A stretch of 64,000 nt of DNA from Convolutriloba macropyga (taxonomy: Eukaryota). The stretch covers positions 21,204,001 through 21,268,000 of the forward strand of contig NC_134478.1 of assembly GCF_964194025.1 (NCBI RefSeq), in the 5' to 3' direction. Positions 25,084 to 39,018 of this stretch are shown here, one piece after another. Position 1 is the first letter of the stretch. Each line of letters begins with the position of its first letter. The notes under the pieces were generated by a model. The model did no database searches. It was not told the origin of the DNA and saw nothing but the letters and a program-made list of their open reading frames with translations. The position numbers and the translations under genes are program-made.

Positions 25084-28000
25084 TCTAAGAAGCTTGTACA
25101 TATCTTGATCTTAGCTTACCATGTACCACGAAGAGATCTTTTGGAATAACATTGTTTGAACTGTTTCTCATCAAGGCTAGCTATCAAGTTTCATTTCAAG
25201 GGGAACGCATAGAGATTGTCCTGACAAACCCAATCTACGACTCCGAGAAGCGAAGTAAACTCTGTGGTTTCGTAACACATTTTTGTAGATAAGGTTTTAA
25301 ATTCCAAAGCAGCAGAAATAGCGGACTAAATAACAGAAAGAATTCCTACAAAAAATACGCTAATATAAGGCTAACTATCAGAAAATTAACACTAAGTGCA
25401 TTTCTGTAGTATTCAATTATGAAATTAGGGATTTGCGAAGACATTTAGCTGCAGGTCGTAAAAGTACTTTGTAGATCTGAAAGAGTACTTTGATTTTAAG
25501 GACATTCAAAGTTTATTGTTACCAACAATGTTGTACCAGGTTGCATAAGTAATAATTTCAGCCCTAAAAACAACTCTTTTTGAAGAATTATTTGCAAAAC
25601 TTGATTCCATTTCAGGTAATTGCGCTATTTATCATTCATTTCATAAAACTCCTCGAAAAACTGTGAAAATTTTTCAGCTCAGTTCGATACTTGTGCTTAG
25701 AGACTGCCGAAAGTACATTGTGTTGTCCACCCCAAATAAAATATCTTAGAAGCGGACAAAATATTAACAATAATAAAGCAGTGCATTATTTTTTCTGTTC
25801 TCTATTTTAAATTTGGTTGAAAAAGTTGCCTATATGTGAAAGCAAATCCTCAAGAAACTTTATCAAAAGTTTTTTAAAAAAAACTTAAACGTAATCAAAT
25901 TACCTGTGATTCCCTTCTGTCTAATCAACGGCTTACTAAATCGTAGACAAAGCAATTTAAAAACCAAATACATATAAAACCGAAACGAACAAAAAAGGAA
26001 GAACATTTCCAAATCTAGAAAGATACGGCATTCTCTGAAGTAGTGGATCCCAATATTTGTCTTCCAAGAAACTTAGGATGGCGCTTGAGTATCAATCACT
26101 GACCACCATCACAACCGTTGACACACAAACACCAGCAAAAAACCAGAAATTCAAAAAACTAATAAATATGCAAAAAAAAAATCAAAAACAAAGGTAATTA
26201 TTTTTTTTAAATATTAATAAACAAGCCTTCAAATATTTCCTCAAATAATCCCATTATTTTTCTCGAAAAACATCTGTACAAGGAGTTCAACACTAAAAAA
26301 GCAAAAAATAGTCAAATATTTCCCTTTTAAAAAGCAAATCTTCAAATCTTCAATGATACCCGTGAGAACAAAACTCAACAAAAAATCCAGAAACACGCGG
26401 AGTCCCTTTAAATAGTCCGACCGTTAAAATAATACAAATCTGCTCAGCTGAAAAGGGTTCAATGCAGCAAAACCACAATTTTTTCATCAAAATTGCAACT
26501 TTTTGATCACTAAAATGGTGCAATTAAAACGGTGCATTTAAAAATTAAATAAGCCACAATTTTGTTTACAAAAGAATTAAACAAAAAATTGTTTAAAAAG
26601 CCACATAGCCACAGTAATAAAAACTCACGACGCCATTAATGTTAATACCTATTCTTCAGAACGATAGACGAAGAAAAACCATTGTAAGACTTCTCTTTAC
26701 TTTTGATTTTTGTTCATCAGATTAACCTAAGTACTTGTTTCTATATGCCTCGTTCGAACTGATTACATAGAGAGCAATACAGATTTTTTTTTTAAAATAT
26801 ATGAGACGCGTACTTAAGCAAACTTTGAACAAAACAGTTCTGGAATAAAGTTAATCACGCCAAATGTTTTGCTCAGTCGGAAATTACGTCCAATCGAGAT
26901 TGGACTTTTTATTTATTCGCTTCAAATAAATGACTAAATGTTTTCACCAAAAAAGCTTTAGGCAAAATAAGAATTTTGGAAGTAAAAATGATACCAAACA
27001 ACCGAGTGCAACACTCTATAGACAAATATGTAGCAAAAAGTTTTTTTCCAATATCTTTGTAGATTTGAGAAAAATGGAAGATCTTGAAGAACAGTAAAGA
27101 GTTTTCTGCCTCAGTCACCCAATATTCACTGGTTTGGAAAACTTGCCGAATATTGTTTGATGTTAAATCAAATTCTCGGAGAATTTTTAGAAAATGTTGT
27201 CTTCATAAAGACAAGAAATGATAGACAAAAAAGCAGAGGGCAAAAAAATTCTTTTGAATTCAAAAAACTTCAATCCCGAATCCCGTATATTTCGAGGAAA
27301 AGTAGCTTTCAATACCATCAATCATTTAATTGATATAAATTACTTGATGGATCAGTTTCCGCTTTACTTGGCTCACATTCACTTTTAATTTTATCCCAGA
27401 ACAAACAAAATAAACGATGATGTGCCAATATATTTAAGTTTTAACGTAAAATTCTAAATCACATCAATGATATTGAAACAGAATTGAGTACACATACATT
27501 TGAACACATACATACAGTAAGAAGGAGAGTTTTTAATAGTATCAAAAGCACGTGCGTTCTTAATCAAAGTGCGTTATATAGCAAATGTACATTGTGCAAA
27601 GCGCATTTGACGTATTACGTATGCGTACCATAATATAAGTATACAACGCTGCTTGCCATAATTTTCTATTTTTTTGTTTGACTCTATTTACTTCAGGAAA
27701 AAATTTAACTAGCAAACTTTGAAGCGAACCTGTTTTGTTGTGTTTGTCTATAATTATTGTAGCATTCACGTATATTCTCGCCAAGCACGTTTATCTTAAT
27801 TTCGCACATTTTCTGTCTAAAAAATTTGCTCTGCTTAAAAATTCATAACTGCCCGAGTTATCTTTCAGAAGTAATTCTGAGTTGGTTAATTACAACATTT
27901 ATGATTTATAACTATGTCTGATCCTACAGAAGTTAAGCAGAAGTACGAATCGCTGTGTCATGACAACTCATGTCAGCCACACAGTTACATAGTGCACCAA

Positions 28001-28694
28001 ATGGACATCGGAATTTGTGAAACGTAAGGAAAAAATGCCTGAATTTCTTTTTCCATTTCACAATAACTTTACAGCAAACAAAATTTTGGTCAGTTTTTGT
28101 CAGCAACAAAGTCTGTCTCAACTCTTTGTTCCTTTGAAAATGAATCAGTTTCTCCTCTTAGATAACTAAACGTTAGTTTTTGAACAGAAATTGTTTCTAA
28201 GAAAACGCGTCAACCAAAGGTTCTAGGATTGCAACTTTTCATAGAAGACATAATACAAGTTGTATATTTACAAAACAGACAAATTTTGCTTATCGAGCTA
28301 CAATTTCCTCGAGGTGTTTCCAATGCAATTGCAACTTTTTCCGACACTTTTTGACGTCACAGTGTTCGTAGTTGTGAAGTGAACACTTGATTTAAATCGT
28401 GAAAAGGTAGGACAAAATTTAATATCGGCAGCTGAATCCATATTGAGAAAAGTCTGCAAAGGTTTCGTCATGGGCTTTTTCTTAAAAATCGAACGCTTCA
28501 TAAACACGAACGAAACAAAGGCCGAATAATGAACCTGAGACTTTTTCATAACTTGAACTAGTCAAAGTTTGGATAATTTCTCATTTTGTGCTGGACGGGT
28601 CTTTTCATAATGCTTTCCAACAAGCACATAACCCATCGAAATTTTGAACACGTCAAGGTCTGGATCATCGGTGATTTGGTCTACGTGAGTCTTT

Positions 28695-28722
28695 TTGTTC
28701 CGACCCCATTTTTAGTGGGAGG
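28695..28722 (+). mobile_element. Isolated or interrupted HINE 5' terminus
   Basis: TTGTTCCGACCCCATTTTTAGTGGGAGG matches the 5' subTIR/hairpin of the other copies and is immediately followed by a MITE. Confidence 0.6.
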
Positions 28723-28723
28723 C

Positions 28724-29250
28724 CCGGACCTTAGTGCCATAGTAAATCAGTGCTGAAACATTGGATTCCAATTGTATATCGTCGGCCCAGTACTGTATCA
28801 GTGTATGTTAAGAGTATCTTGCCACGCATGATGTGCAGGATAAGTCCCATAGATATTTTTTTCTGAAAAGAGACTGTGCATTCTTGGTTTTGATTCCCAT
28901 GATGTTCATAGCAAAATCATAATAAAATTTGAAAATTTCGAAAAAAATTTTGAAATTTGGGCGATGCACTTTTTGAGCATGATGATGCCTTATAATCTTA
29001 AAACGTTGCAAGCAACGTATTAAGATTAGCAAAAAACCCGCCAAAACCAGAAAATACACGCCGGGAACCTGGAAACTGCCAAATTGTGACCGAAAATGCA
29101 GATTTTTATGGTTTTTATTTCAGATTGTAATGGTTTTTTGTTTAAATGTCTTAGTTTTAGCTCCGACGGAAACAGATACAGTTATGGGCCGACCATATAC
29201 AGATGGAATACAATGTTTCAGCACTGATTTACTATGGCACTAAGTTCCGG
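28724..29250. mobile_element. MITE with ~75-bp TIRs
   Basis: CCGGACCTTAGTGCCATAGTAAATCAGTGCTGAAACATTG...ACTGTATC versus GATACAGT...CAATGTTTCAGCACTGATTTACTATGGCACTAAGTTCCGG. Confidence 0.85.
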
Positions 29251-29421
29251 TTTATATATAAACTTTTCTGCTTAAGATTTTCGGACGTATATGGGTTTTG
29301 AGATTAAAAAGCAATCTTCTGCATACCGCGGAATGTCACCAGTTTTTGATAATTGTTCCATGAATCCATTTAAATTCAAATTGAAAAAAAGTGGTGCTAA
29401 AACCTTTAACTGAAAAACGCC

Positions 29422-32400
29422 TTGTTGTTCCGACCCACTTTAGTGGGGGAGGAACTATATACCCAACTGGTTTTTTTTGTTCAGTCAATTTTGGCCGAAC
29501 GATACATTTATCGCAGAGAGTTGTGAGTGGTATCATTAGAAGGCCCGTCCAGCGTAGAAATTGGAATTAAAAAGATTTTTCTGATTTTCGTTTTGTTTTA
29601 GGGAGTTATCGAATCTTAAACTTTGATAACTTTGTTTAAATTTTCGTTAATTTTGCTAAAATATCTTACAATTGTTAACGGTAGTGTTATTGATCTTATC
29701 TTAAAAAATAGAGGGGGTTGTTGAATTGTTCGATCTGAGCTTTTTGGCTGAAATTTAAAATTTTTCAAAAATCAGACTTTTTTTTGTCAAAAATCGGACC
29801 AAAAATGCATTTTTGGCCCGCTTTCACTGATTTTGCTGAAAGTAGACACCTTAAAACTTCAGTTATATTCATCGCAAGTTTAAAGAGAGAGCTAATTGCA
29901 CTCCCGCTGTTTTTAAAAGTCTTCAGAAATTATAATAATTTTGCCAGACTTTTGCAAGTTTGATCACGATAATTAAACGAAATGCATTATTTATTTTTGA
30001 TATGCTGAAAATTTTTGTTTGAAAATTGATCTATTTCGCGTTTGAATAATTGAATGTCATTTTAGTCGCGCAGCAAAATCAGGGCTGATATTGATCTCAC
30101 CGTGGATTCATACGGTAAAAGATTTTAGATTTTAATGAGGCTCGGCCTCTTTAAATTAAAAATTATCCGCATATAGTTTCTTATGCAATTTGCTGAAAAG
30201 AATTTCAAATGAGGGCTGTTTTATCGACAGATTTTATTTACAAAAATGAATACAAACGACCATATTGTGCGGTCTCAGAGTAAAGCTCGTGTTTTTTATG
30301 GCTCTGGCCAATTGCTTTCGTAAATTTTGGTGGACTTCTTATGTTCTGCATTCACTTTCTTATACTTTTTGTAGTCCAATGACTTAGTCGCCCCAATCAG
30401 TGATCGGAATGGTTTATTAGAAGGTATAATTGACGCAGTCAATGCTTTCAGTTGTTACCTATTGTCTCTTATAAATTTGAGATCATTTGTTTTAAGAAAA
30501 TGTAGGCAAACTTCTGAACTTTGCCACCATTTTCACTTATTTCTCTCAGCTTCGGCGTAGTCCCAATAAAAACAAGCAAAAAGCAATTTCCTGTTAATTA
30601 AAAAAATAATGTCTGTAACGATTTTATATTTAACCAATGGATTCTTGGTTTATGACGCTACTACGAGTTTCAATCCAATCTTCAGATCCAATTGAAGATA
30701 AGAATAGTTGAGAAAATGAACGAGGTTTAAAAAAGGCTTATCCGAATAAAATAATTGTTTTTTTTTTCAATAGTTTGCGCTTTTGGGCTGAGACACTGTT
30801 CTCTGGCAAAATTTAGTGATTTTTTTTGTAAATTTGTCTTTTTATTTTGGTTGTTATACGACATATATCTGATAATGATAGCTCTCAATTACTTCCCAAG
30901 ACAAATAACAACCTATTTTAACCTTTCACTATATAGCTATTTCTTTTCGTAACTTTCAACCTAACTTTTAAAAAAAAAGACTTTCACAACTGTTTCCTTT
31001 CTGCTTTGATTTTTGTCACCATGTAACTCAATCTCACTAATGAGAAATCTCAATTACTTTTGCTGACCCAGACATTAATTTTTGGTCGGTTATATGCTTT
31101 GAATGATTGCTTGGGCCATTTAGTTTCATAAGAAATATTCGAGATTTCTCTACTGTTCACTTTTCGGGTTTTTGGGTGTCATTCCTATGCAGTTCTTTTA
31201 TAGGGAAAACCCCATTGGTTATCAGATGAGAACCAAATGATGTTTGATAGCTCTTGCAGAGAACATGTTATATATGTAGTACTTTGGAGACTGCGGTTTA
31301 AAATTGTTTGTGGAGTTTTGTCTTCTGCCTGTTTTTGTTATTTTGTTGTCTCGTGACTAAGTCTCATTAATGACAGGCCCAATTGGCTTTCTGATGTGTT
31401 GCATCGTAATTGACCTCTTTTTGTTGAAATCTTATGTCTGTTATGACATTTGAAAAAAATTGTTTTTCAAATATTTAAAAAATATTTGCATTGTTGAGCT
31501 TGGCCTTTTTTTTTAAATTGTTGTTTTTGGTCGATTTGTAGCTTAGCTTCTGTAAAGACAGTTCACAACCCCTTTTTAGCAAGCTATAGTTAAAATAATA
31601 ATGGTTTTTGTTCGAACCAATTGTTTTTTGGCCTTGTTACTACTGTTACTACAAAATTTTGTAACATAATTGAGAACTTTATCTATTTGTACATTTTAAA
31701 GGACTTTTGTTTTCAGTTAAAATTTTTACGCTAATGGTAGGTCCCATTGGCTTTGGAATTTTGAGAAATGGAACATTTTCATTGCTCTTAGCAACAAGTT
31801 TATGGCTTCAACCGTTTTAAGGGTTTCACTGCCATTTCGTGCAAAGCTTAATTTTGCCGGTATTTGTCCTTCTTTTTGTAGTTGTATGACGTACACTGGA
31901 TAACAACAGCTCTCAATTGCTTCGTAAGCCGATATAAATGAAATTTTCAGATATTTCACTTATTATCAAATGATAATAATCACTTTTGAAATCAATAATC
32001 ATTTTCAAATATAGTAGCGTATTTCTGAAATTTGCACATTTTTGCTCTGTTTGTCGACCTTTTACCCAGTCGCATTGAGAGCAGGTCCCATATCTTTTCT
32101 TTTGAAGTAAAGGTTATTTTGTTTTGTTTAAGTTTCATCTGATGCAAGGTTGATTTTGTTATACTTTTTTGAAAATATAGACAGTAATTAGTTTTGGTCG
32201 TAATTAGGAGTTTTGATCGTAATTAATGTTTGTTTTTTAATTTTTATTATAGTCTTTTCCAGTAGTCCTATTAACAACAAGATTTATCGGCCCTCTAGCG
32301 TGGCCTTATTGTATTCCATTATGGTTTATTGAGTGATATGTATGTTTTTGAAACTCTTCTATCGGTTCATCATTTGGTTGCCAATTAAGTCAAGAATGTG

Positions 32401-32454
32401 GATGAGCGGGGTCGGAACATTATGTGCGTACGCACATTACCGAGCCTCCTTGTT
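29422..32454 (+). mobile_element. Full-length Helentron/DINE-1-like non-autonomous element (HINE)
   Basis: 5' subTIR GTTCCGACCC plus adjacent hairpin and a ~190-bp conserved core; 3' subTIR GGGGTCGGAAC (32408-32418), hairpin ATGTGCG-TA-CGCACAT and terminal CTTGTT; no TSD seen; no coding capacity. Confidence 0.8.
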
Positions 32455-33057
32455 ATTTAAAAAATTGGCATGGTATTTTTTCATTTTGAACGGAGACCTC
32501 AACTTGGGAAGACCATTTTTTGTAATGGGTAGCCCAATAGGCTTACTGTTTCAAAGTAAGCGATGATGGTTCGGTTCGATTCTAGTTCTGCTCCATATTC
32601 GCTGTAGTTGCACCTGGTTAGACCACACCTAACCACAAATACCATCTACCACCAACAAAGTTCCAGCCTTGAAAAAACCTTTGATTCATCTCAATTCAGA
32701 CTATGGCCATAGTTTGCTAGGCCCTGGCCCATATCATCTCTTCAACGTTTTTGTTCATTCAAAGTTGTCATTGATGAAACCAGAACAATTGTCTTGACGC
32801 AATATGGGCACACACGTTTTGTTTTTTTTGTATTCCTTTAGTTGTAAATTTTCGCCACAATTGCGTAGGTGTAGAATTTTTGATATTTCAAATAATAGAA
32901 TGGTAAAAAATAAATGCGGTAGGATTTTACATAATATTGCTTTACAGTATCGCACAACCTTGTTTCAGACTTTCAATGATTTGAAGCCAACCCTGATAGA
33001 GCAATTGTGCGATTATGTTCCAGATTTTCATGCGCTCTAAATGTTTTTTTAATCTAG

Positions 33058-33379
33058 TGTCAGACACTGGAGGAAACATGCTCTCACATAACAGACCACA
33101 ATCAAAAATTTTGTACCTTTAACTTTTGTGTGAGTAATTTTTAGCTCAAACTTCCATTTTTAGCTCGATCAAGGTCTGGAATCCCAAGCCGAGCTGGGAA
33201 TATGGGACAAAATTATTATGACGACAATGTAAACTTGGACAGTGCGCCACTTGTAAATCAGCGTTGAACAATTAAAAAGTTCGAATTTTACGAGCAACTT
33301 TTTTCCAAACCTTTATCTTAAAATAGAGTGCTCCAGATGTCTCTTTGCTTCCACGTGACCTGGAAGCAAAAATTACGAG
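33058..33379 (+). CDS. LRRC34: Tentative 5' coding exons of LRRC34 (33058-33112, 33164-33228, 33327-33379)
   Basis: Phase-compatible chain of small exons; the best is 33327-33379 (aaatag| SAPDVSLLPRDLEAKIT AG|gttagt, phase 2, matching exon 33660). Start codon not resolved. Confidence 0.35.
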
Positions 33380-33659
33380 GTTAGTAATTCCTACCACAAT
33401 TGAGCTGAAACAAGATGCAGTGACTGCTTCAGTAACAGCAGTGAGGAAAAAAGTTTTTTCAGTGACAACCTCTTCCCTTCACAAAATCATTTCCCCCTTA
33501 TTGAAGCAATTGGTGAGTTGTACGTCATGTAACCACGAAGTTGGGGGGGGGGGGGGGTTACAACCCCAATAATTATCACACCTTATTCAGATATATCATT
33601 TGTTACCTCAAATTTGAATTAGAAAAACTGTATCAACTGGGTATATAAATTGGTTTTAG

Positions 33660-33858
33660 CCCGTCTGGAGGCTACCTTCTCAACCTAGCTGGCAACAACC
33701 ACCTCCTACGTGGGGGACCCAATGCCCCGAGGATAGAGGATGGTGACATGTCTTTTCTCTGTGCCACTCTGAAGGAGAGTCCCTGCATACATGAAGTGGA
33801 TCTGAGATACAACAACTTGACAGACCAATCGGCACCTCTCATTGCAGACTTGTTAAAG
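33660..33858 (+). CDS. LRRC34: LRRC34 exon (PSGGYLLNLAGNNHLL...EVDLRYNNLTDQSAPLIADLLK)
   Basis: ttttag| and AAG|gtaaga splice sites; resembles the LRRC34 LNIAGNN region as I recall it. Confidence 0.85.
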
Positions 33859-34216
33859 GTAAGAAGAGCAAGGAAGTTTTAGGAAAGTAAATATGGACCA
33901 AGTCAGGAGCTGTTGACATTCATTATTATTTTTTAAAAATATAACTTGGTTAGCAAAAAATATGTGTGGTCACATGTATAGACATATGCTATGACCTTCA
34001 CTAACCAACGAATGGAAATATGCCCAGTAGTTTTTGTGAACAGATTGTTTTGCAGTTACGTAAACTGTAATGGCGATGTATACGAGTTTCAATATGTAAA
34101 GGTAATTAAGAGTGGATGGGTGAATACGAAAACCAAATGCTCGGATGATAGGAACTGCCGCGTGTTTGAAAGAATGTGTAGACCTGACAGAATCAAAGAT
34201 GTCATCCATTTTTTAG

Positions 34217-34300
34217 GATAGTGGTTCTCTTCAAGCCCTGAATCTGATGTCTAATTACTTCACAAAAGACGCTGCCAAACAAATTGCAGAAAGCTTGCAC
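34217..34300 (+). CDS. LRRC34: LRRC34 exon, one 28-aa RI-like LRR (DSGSLQALNLMSNYFTKDAAKQIAESLH)
   Basis: tttttag| and |gtaagt; 84 nt, phase 0-0. Confidence 0.85.
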
Positions 34301-34780
34301 GTAAGTTCCGTGTGTTCAAATTTTTAAACCCACCCCTTTAAGCATTCAAGCACGCAAGCAGTATGTATTTAAGCAAGCAAGCGAACATAAATAAACCCTG
34401 AAAACGATACCCAACAGCTCCGACTGTCCCCTAACTTAATAACCAATCTTGAATGGTGTCTTGACGCAATATGGGCACACACCATATTGAAATCTTAGAT
34501 ACTATATCTAAGACCATAAAAAATACCAGTGTTTGGAAAATCATGAGAACTGTGCTGTTCTACGAAAGCTGATTTTTTTTCAAAATCTTTGCAAACGTTT
34601 TTAAGATCATATATGGCTTCTTAGAAAACATAGCAAGATCATACAAGAAATTTTGCCTTGACTTGGATGGAACTATATGTGCTCTTAGATGTGGTATTGA
34701 AATAAGGGTCAACCTGGGGACCTCTAACAATAGTTTTACAGACTTAAGAGTGTCCCGTGATTTTATTTGAACTGATAAAA

Positions 34781-37700
34781 AACATGGCGGCTCGTTAATG
34801 TGCGTTCGCACATGATGTTCCGACCCGAGCTTATCTAAATTTTTGACTAAATTGTCAACCAAATGAAGAGATAACAAAAATAGATGTTTGAGTTTAAAGC
34901 AAACGTTGCATAAATTATCTACTAATTTAATTACATAATGCCATGCCTCATTACAGCGCCAACGTGATCTGACATTAAAGAGACTAAGAGAAAAAAATAA
35001 AAAACAAAATTAGCACCAACAAAAATTTCACGGCAAAAACGGAATATCTAAATTTAAAAGCACCTAGTAACAACGTCAAAGTGCAGTCAGGTAAAACCTT
35101 AACTACACAAGTTTACTTTTTTCTAACAATACAGCAGATGGAAAATTTTCTTAATGAGACAGGGTAACAAGTCGACAAAAAGAACGAACAGTGAGGGGAA
35201 ACTTAAAAAATTAATCAACATTTTTAACACCAAGAAATTTCAAAAATCTTAAAAATCATTAGCTTTTAACTAAATAATCCTTAATAAATTACTAAAAACT
35301 CATTACAAAACCAAAAGGACCTGTCTTTGGTTAGACTAAGCCATAGAAGCGAACTAAAGAGAAACTCACAAAATTACAAACGATTTGCGAAAACACAAAC
35401 AATTGTTACCATTAAAGTCAGTAGCTATCATCTGAAAATTATTTGTTTTCAATTCAATTGTTCGATTCTACTGATTCAGCCGAAGGATTTAAACTGAGAG
35501 TATAAATAAGTTTACTTACGCCGCATTTGAAAACCATTGGGATCTGTTACTTGGCGATTGTTCTGAAAGAAGAGGAAAAAAAACACAAAAACTGGCCACT
35601 CAATAAACATTCAGAAAAACGCATATTGTCCAATAAACGCATATAACAAAACAAACAATGTGACAAATAAAATCAATAGATAAGTTATCTCTTGAAACAC
35701 AAGAAATTGGATGGGACGTCTCATTGATGAAAATAAGTTACGATTTGACGAAAAGAACAACAAAAACTGAAAAGTTTGAAAAAACTTCAATGTGATTATC
35801 ATAAACTTTAAGACTATTCGCAATAAACTTCCTGCTTTGGGTAACATCATTCATTCTATGCTCAATTAGAAGCCTATGGGAAATTTCAGCAATTTAGGGC
35901 TACCTAAATAACAAAAACAGCAAATTCAAGAAAAAATGAGCGAGAGAAGTGTCGAAGGCATTGAAAAAATGAACTTTTCACTAAAAACTCTTCTATTTTC
36001 AATCAATTTTTAAGAGAAATGAAAATTCTCATATTTATCAATATAATTTCAAAAAATCACCAAACATAAACAAATACATTAGAACAACGAAATTTTCGAG
36101 AAAACACATATTATCAACGCAAGCCAGTAAATACGCTAATTTATGCCTCGACGGGACAATAAGTTTGTTTGACAATCATATTTCATTAATAAGACCAAGT
36201 TACAACAAGCTATTGACTCTGAAAACGACAGCAGAGACAGGCAAAAACCAAAAATTCAGTAGAAAATTGACAGAAGATTATGTCGAAGCAATTCAAATCA
36301 TAAGCTCTTCTCTGAAAACAATATCTATGATCCGTTGAACTTTATCTCTAAAACAGCAGTAGGATGATGCGATCAGATTTCAAAAGGATCCAAAAATAAA
36401 AAAAAGTAGGCAAAAATTTAGAAAAAAAATTATGAAATCTCGTGGCATTGAAGTTTTAAAACTAATAGGTATTTTTTTTAAACTCTTAAAATTATTTTTA
36501 ACTCCTAACAGCCATTAAAGACAAAATCTTTCAACGGAGCTCAATATCTACGCTCAAATATAACCCAATGGGAGGAAAAAGATGTTTGTTACGCATAGAT
36601 ATTTAACATGACATCACAATAATACTTATGACTGTGAAAACAATAACAAAAACAGGCAAAAACCAAAATTCGTTAAAAAAAAAGTGGGAGAAGAAAGTGT
36701 CGAAGCCAATTAAACCATTAGTTTTTCTCTGAAAACTTCATCTTTGATTCACTGAACGTCCTCGTGAAGACAATGGGATTAAAATATTATTTGGATACGG
36801 TGTATAATGTTTGGATAATGCCATAGGAGTTCAAAATTAACCAATAATAAAAAAAATCCAAAAAAAATTTTAAAAAATTTGAAATCTTGTGTCATTGAAG
36901 TCATATAACCAATAGTTAGAAAACAAAACCGCTAACCAGATTAAATTTGTTTGCAGTAGGAAGGAAGAGGGTGGTGTCAATCCTGGAGTGACTAACCATT
37001 CACAATAATAAATTTTATTCTTTAATGTTCAAAAAAAAATCGAGAAATTCTTTTTTAAGTCTTAAGAGCCCTTAGCTGTCCCCTCAAAGCACTAGATATG
37101 TTCACTTAATGCTCATTATGGAAAATATTGCACTGTTAGTCATTGAATCCATGCCATAGGACTCCAAAAAAATAGTAAAACCTGAAAAAGAAATTCAAAA
37201 TTTCATTTAAAATTACGAAAACGCAGAATCGAAGCCAAAAAAACATGAGCCATTCCTTGCAAACGATGTTTTTTGTTCATTTGGCTTTATTTTACTGTAA
37301 AGGAGGTTTGTAATTAATAGAACCTCGATTTAAAAAGTGACTTGTCTCTAGGTGACTTAAAAAAAGCAAAAAAGAGAAAAGTTTTATAAAAAAAAAGAGC
37401 TCTCAAATAGAATTCGTTTTTTTTTATAGTGAACTTCCCAATGAGACCAGAACTAGTCTTTTTTATCGCCTTTAGTCTATTAGGAAAAAAAATTGGTCCA
37501 TTTTTTGGCGTGAAATTTAATTTTGAAATTCTACTTTTATAGAAAATATTTTAATTTGGAGAAAAATCACAATAAAAGTGAACAAATATCGCGTGTTCAC
37601 ACAATACTTCAATCCTCGATAACTCCTCGAAAAAACGAAAATCAAAGAAATCTTTTTAATTTTGAATTTTACGCTGGACCAGCTTTTTAATGATACCACT

Positions 37701-37802
37701 CACATTTCTCTACGATGAATATATCGATCGACCAAAATTGACTGAACAAAAAAAACCCATTTGAGTATATAGTTCCTCCCCCCACAAGTGGGGTCGGAAC
37801 AA
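34781..37802 (-). mobile_element. Full-length HINE (inverted) in an LRRC34 intron
   Basis: Reverse-complement 3' end (AACATGGCGGCTCG..TGTGCGTTCGCACA..GTTCCGACCC) at 34781-34826 and reverse-complement 5' end/core at 37620-37802; internal diverged ~420-450-bp repeats (36282 vs 36699; 36434 vs 36881). Confidence 0.8.
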
Positions 37803-39018
37803 TGAATTTCATGAATCATAGTTAGCGATTCGATAAATTTTTAAACTCCTTTCACGACTAAATAAAACTAACCTCACAAATCCTGGGATTCCCACCTGCT
37901 AAAAACTTACACTGAAATCTTATGAGATCTTCGAATAGTCTCACAAGATCCTATACGACAACCGCTGAGAGTCAAGAGTTTTACAAATATTTGCGTGTTT
38001 TCTTGCGAAACTCTTGCATAATTTTAAAAATAAAAGAATTAAAAGAAAATGAATTTTTTGCACTGCTGTTGCAGCTGGCAGTAACAACCCACCTTTTACA
38101 ACGCAGAAGAGTAGATTAAGCTTTCCGATCAACCAAATTCCCTCTCCGAAAAATATGGAAGAAAAATTGGCGTTATCCTATTCTTTCACGAATAGCTAAT
38201 TTTTGGTTTCAATTATTCAAAGCTATGGGGTGCTCAGTCACAAAAACGACTTTATATTCCATGAAATACAAAAAATAAGTTAACATCGAAAAATTTTATG
38301 AAGCAATTTTTCTATAGTCGACCGGAAAATACACTAACTTCTATCAAAAATTTTTAAAGTTTACTATATTTATCTACGGTAGTGATCTTGTTTACGGGTC
38401 ATTTTGATTCAAACGGAACACTATTTCAAGATATATCCCGATATCAAAGGCAGAAATGTATCAAATCTTCATTTTAAAAAGGACGAAAACAACAAGTTCA
38501 CAAACTATTCACTCCATTTTTTTTCTGAAGCTTGAAACAATTGCCAAATCAGTAAAAAGTCAACAATCGTGAGAAAATCTTACAATTGAGACACGTTTTA
38601 CATTAAGGACTCAATTGTTTGACTTTGTCATATCTGGCAGGTTTCCAGATATCAAGGTTTCGATTTTCAAATAAAATCGAGCATGACCAAGAGCTTTAGC
38701 GAAGAGAAGTAATGTTGTAAAGAATTTATCTTTTGTCAGAGGCTAGTCAAATTTCTTGTTTTGGATATCAGTTTCGTATCACACAAGGGTGCTAACTTTN
38801 NNNNNNNNNNNNNNNNNNNNNNNNNNNNNNNNNNNNNNNNNNNNNNNNNNNNNNNNNNNNNNNNNNNNNNNNNNNNNNNNNNNNNNNNNNNNNNNNNNNN
38901 NNNNNNNNNNNNNNNNNNNNNNNNNNNNNNNNNNNNNNNNNNNNNNNNNNNNNNNNNNNNNNNNNNNNNNNNNNNNNNNNNNNNNNNNNNNNNNNNNNNN
39001 NNNNNNNNNNNNNNNNNN

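Noticed and set aside
33463-33512. Candidate LRRC34 exon with a good |gtgagt donor
   Set aside because: The phase needed to join exon 33660 contains a TGA stop; the 33379 donor fits instead.
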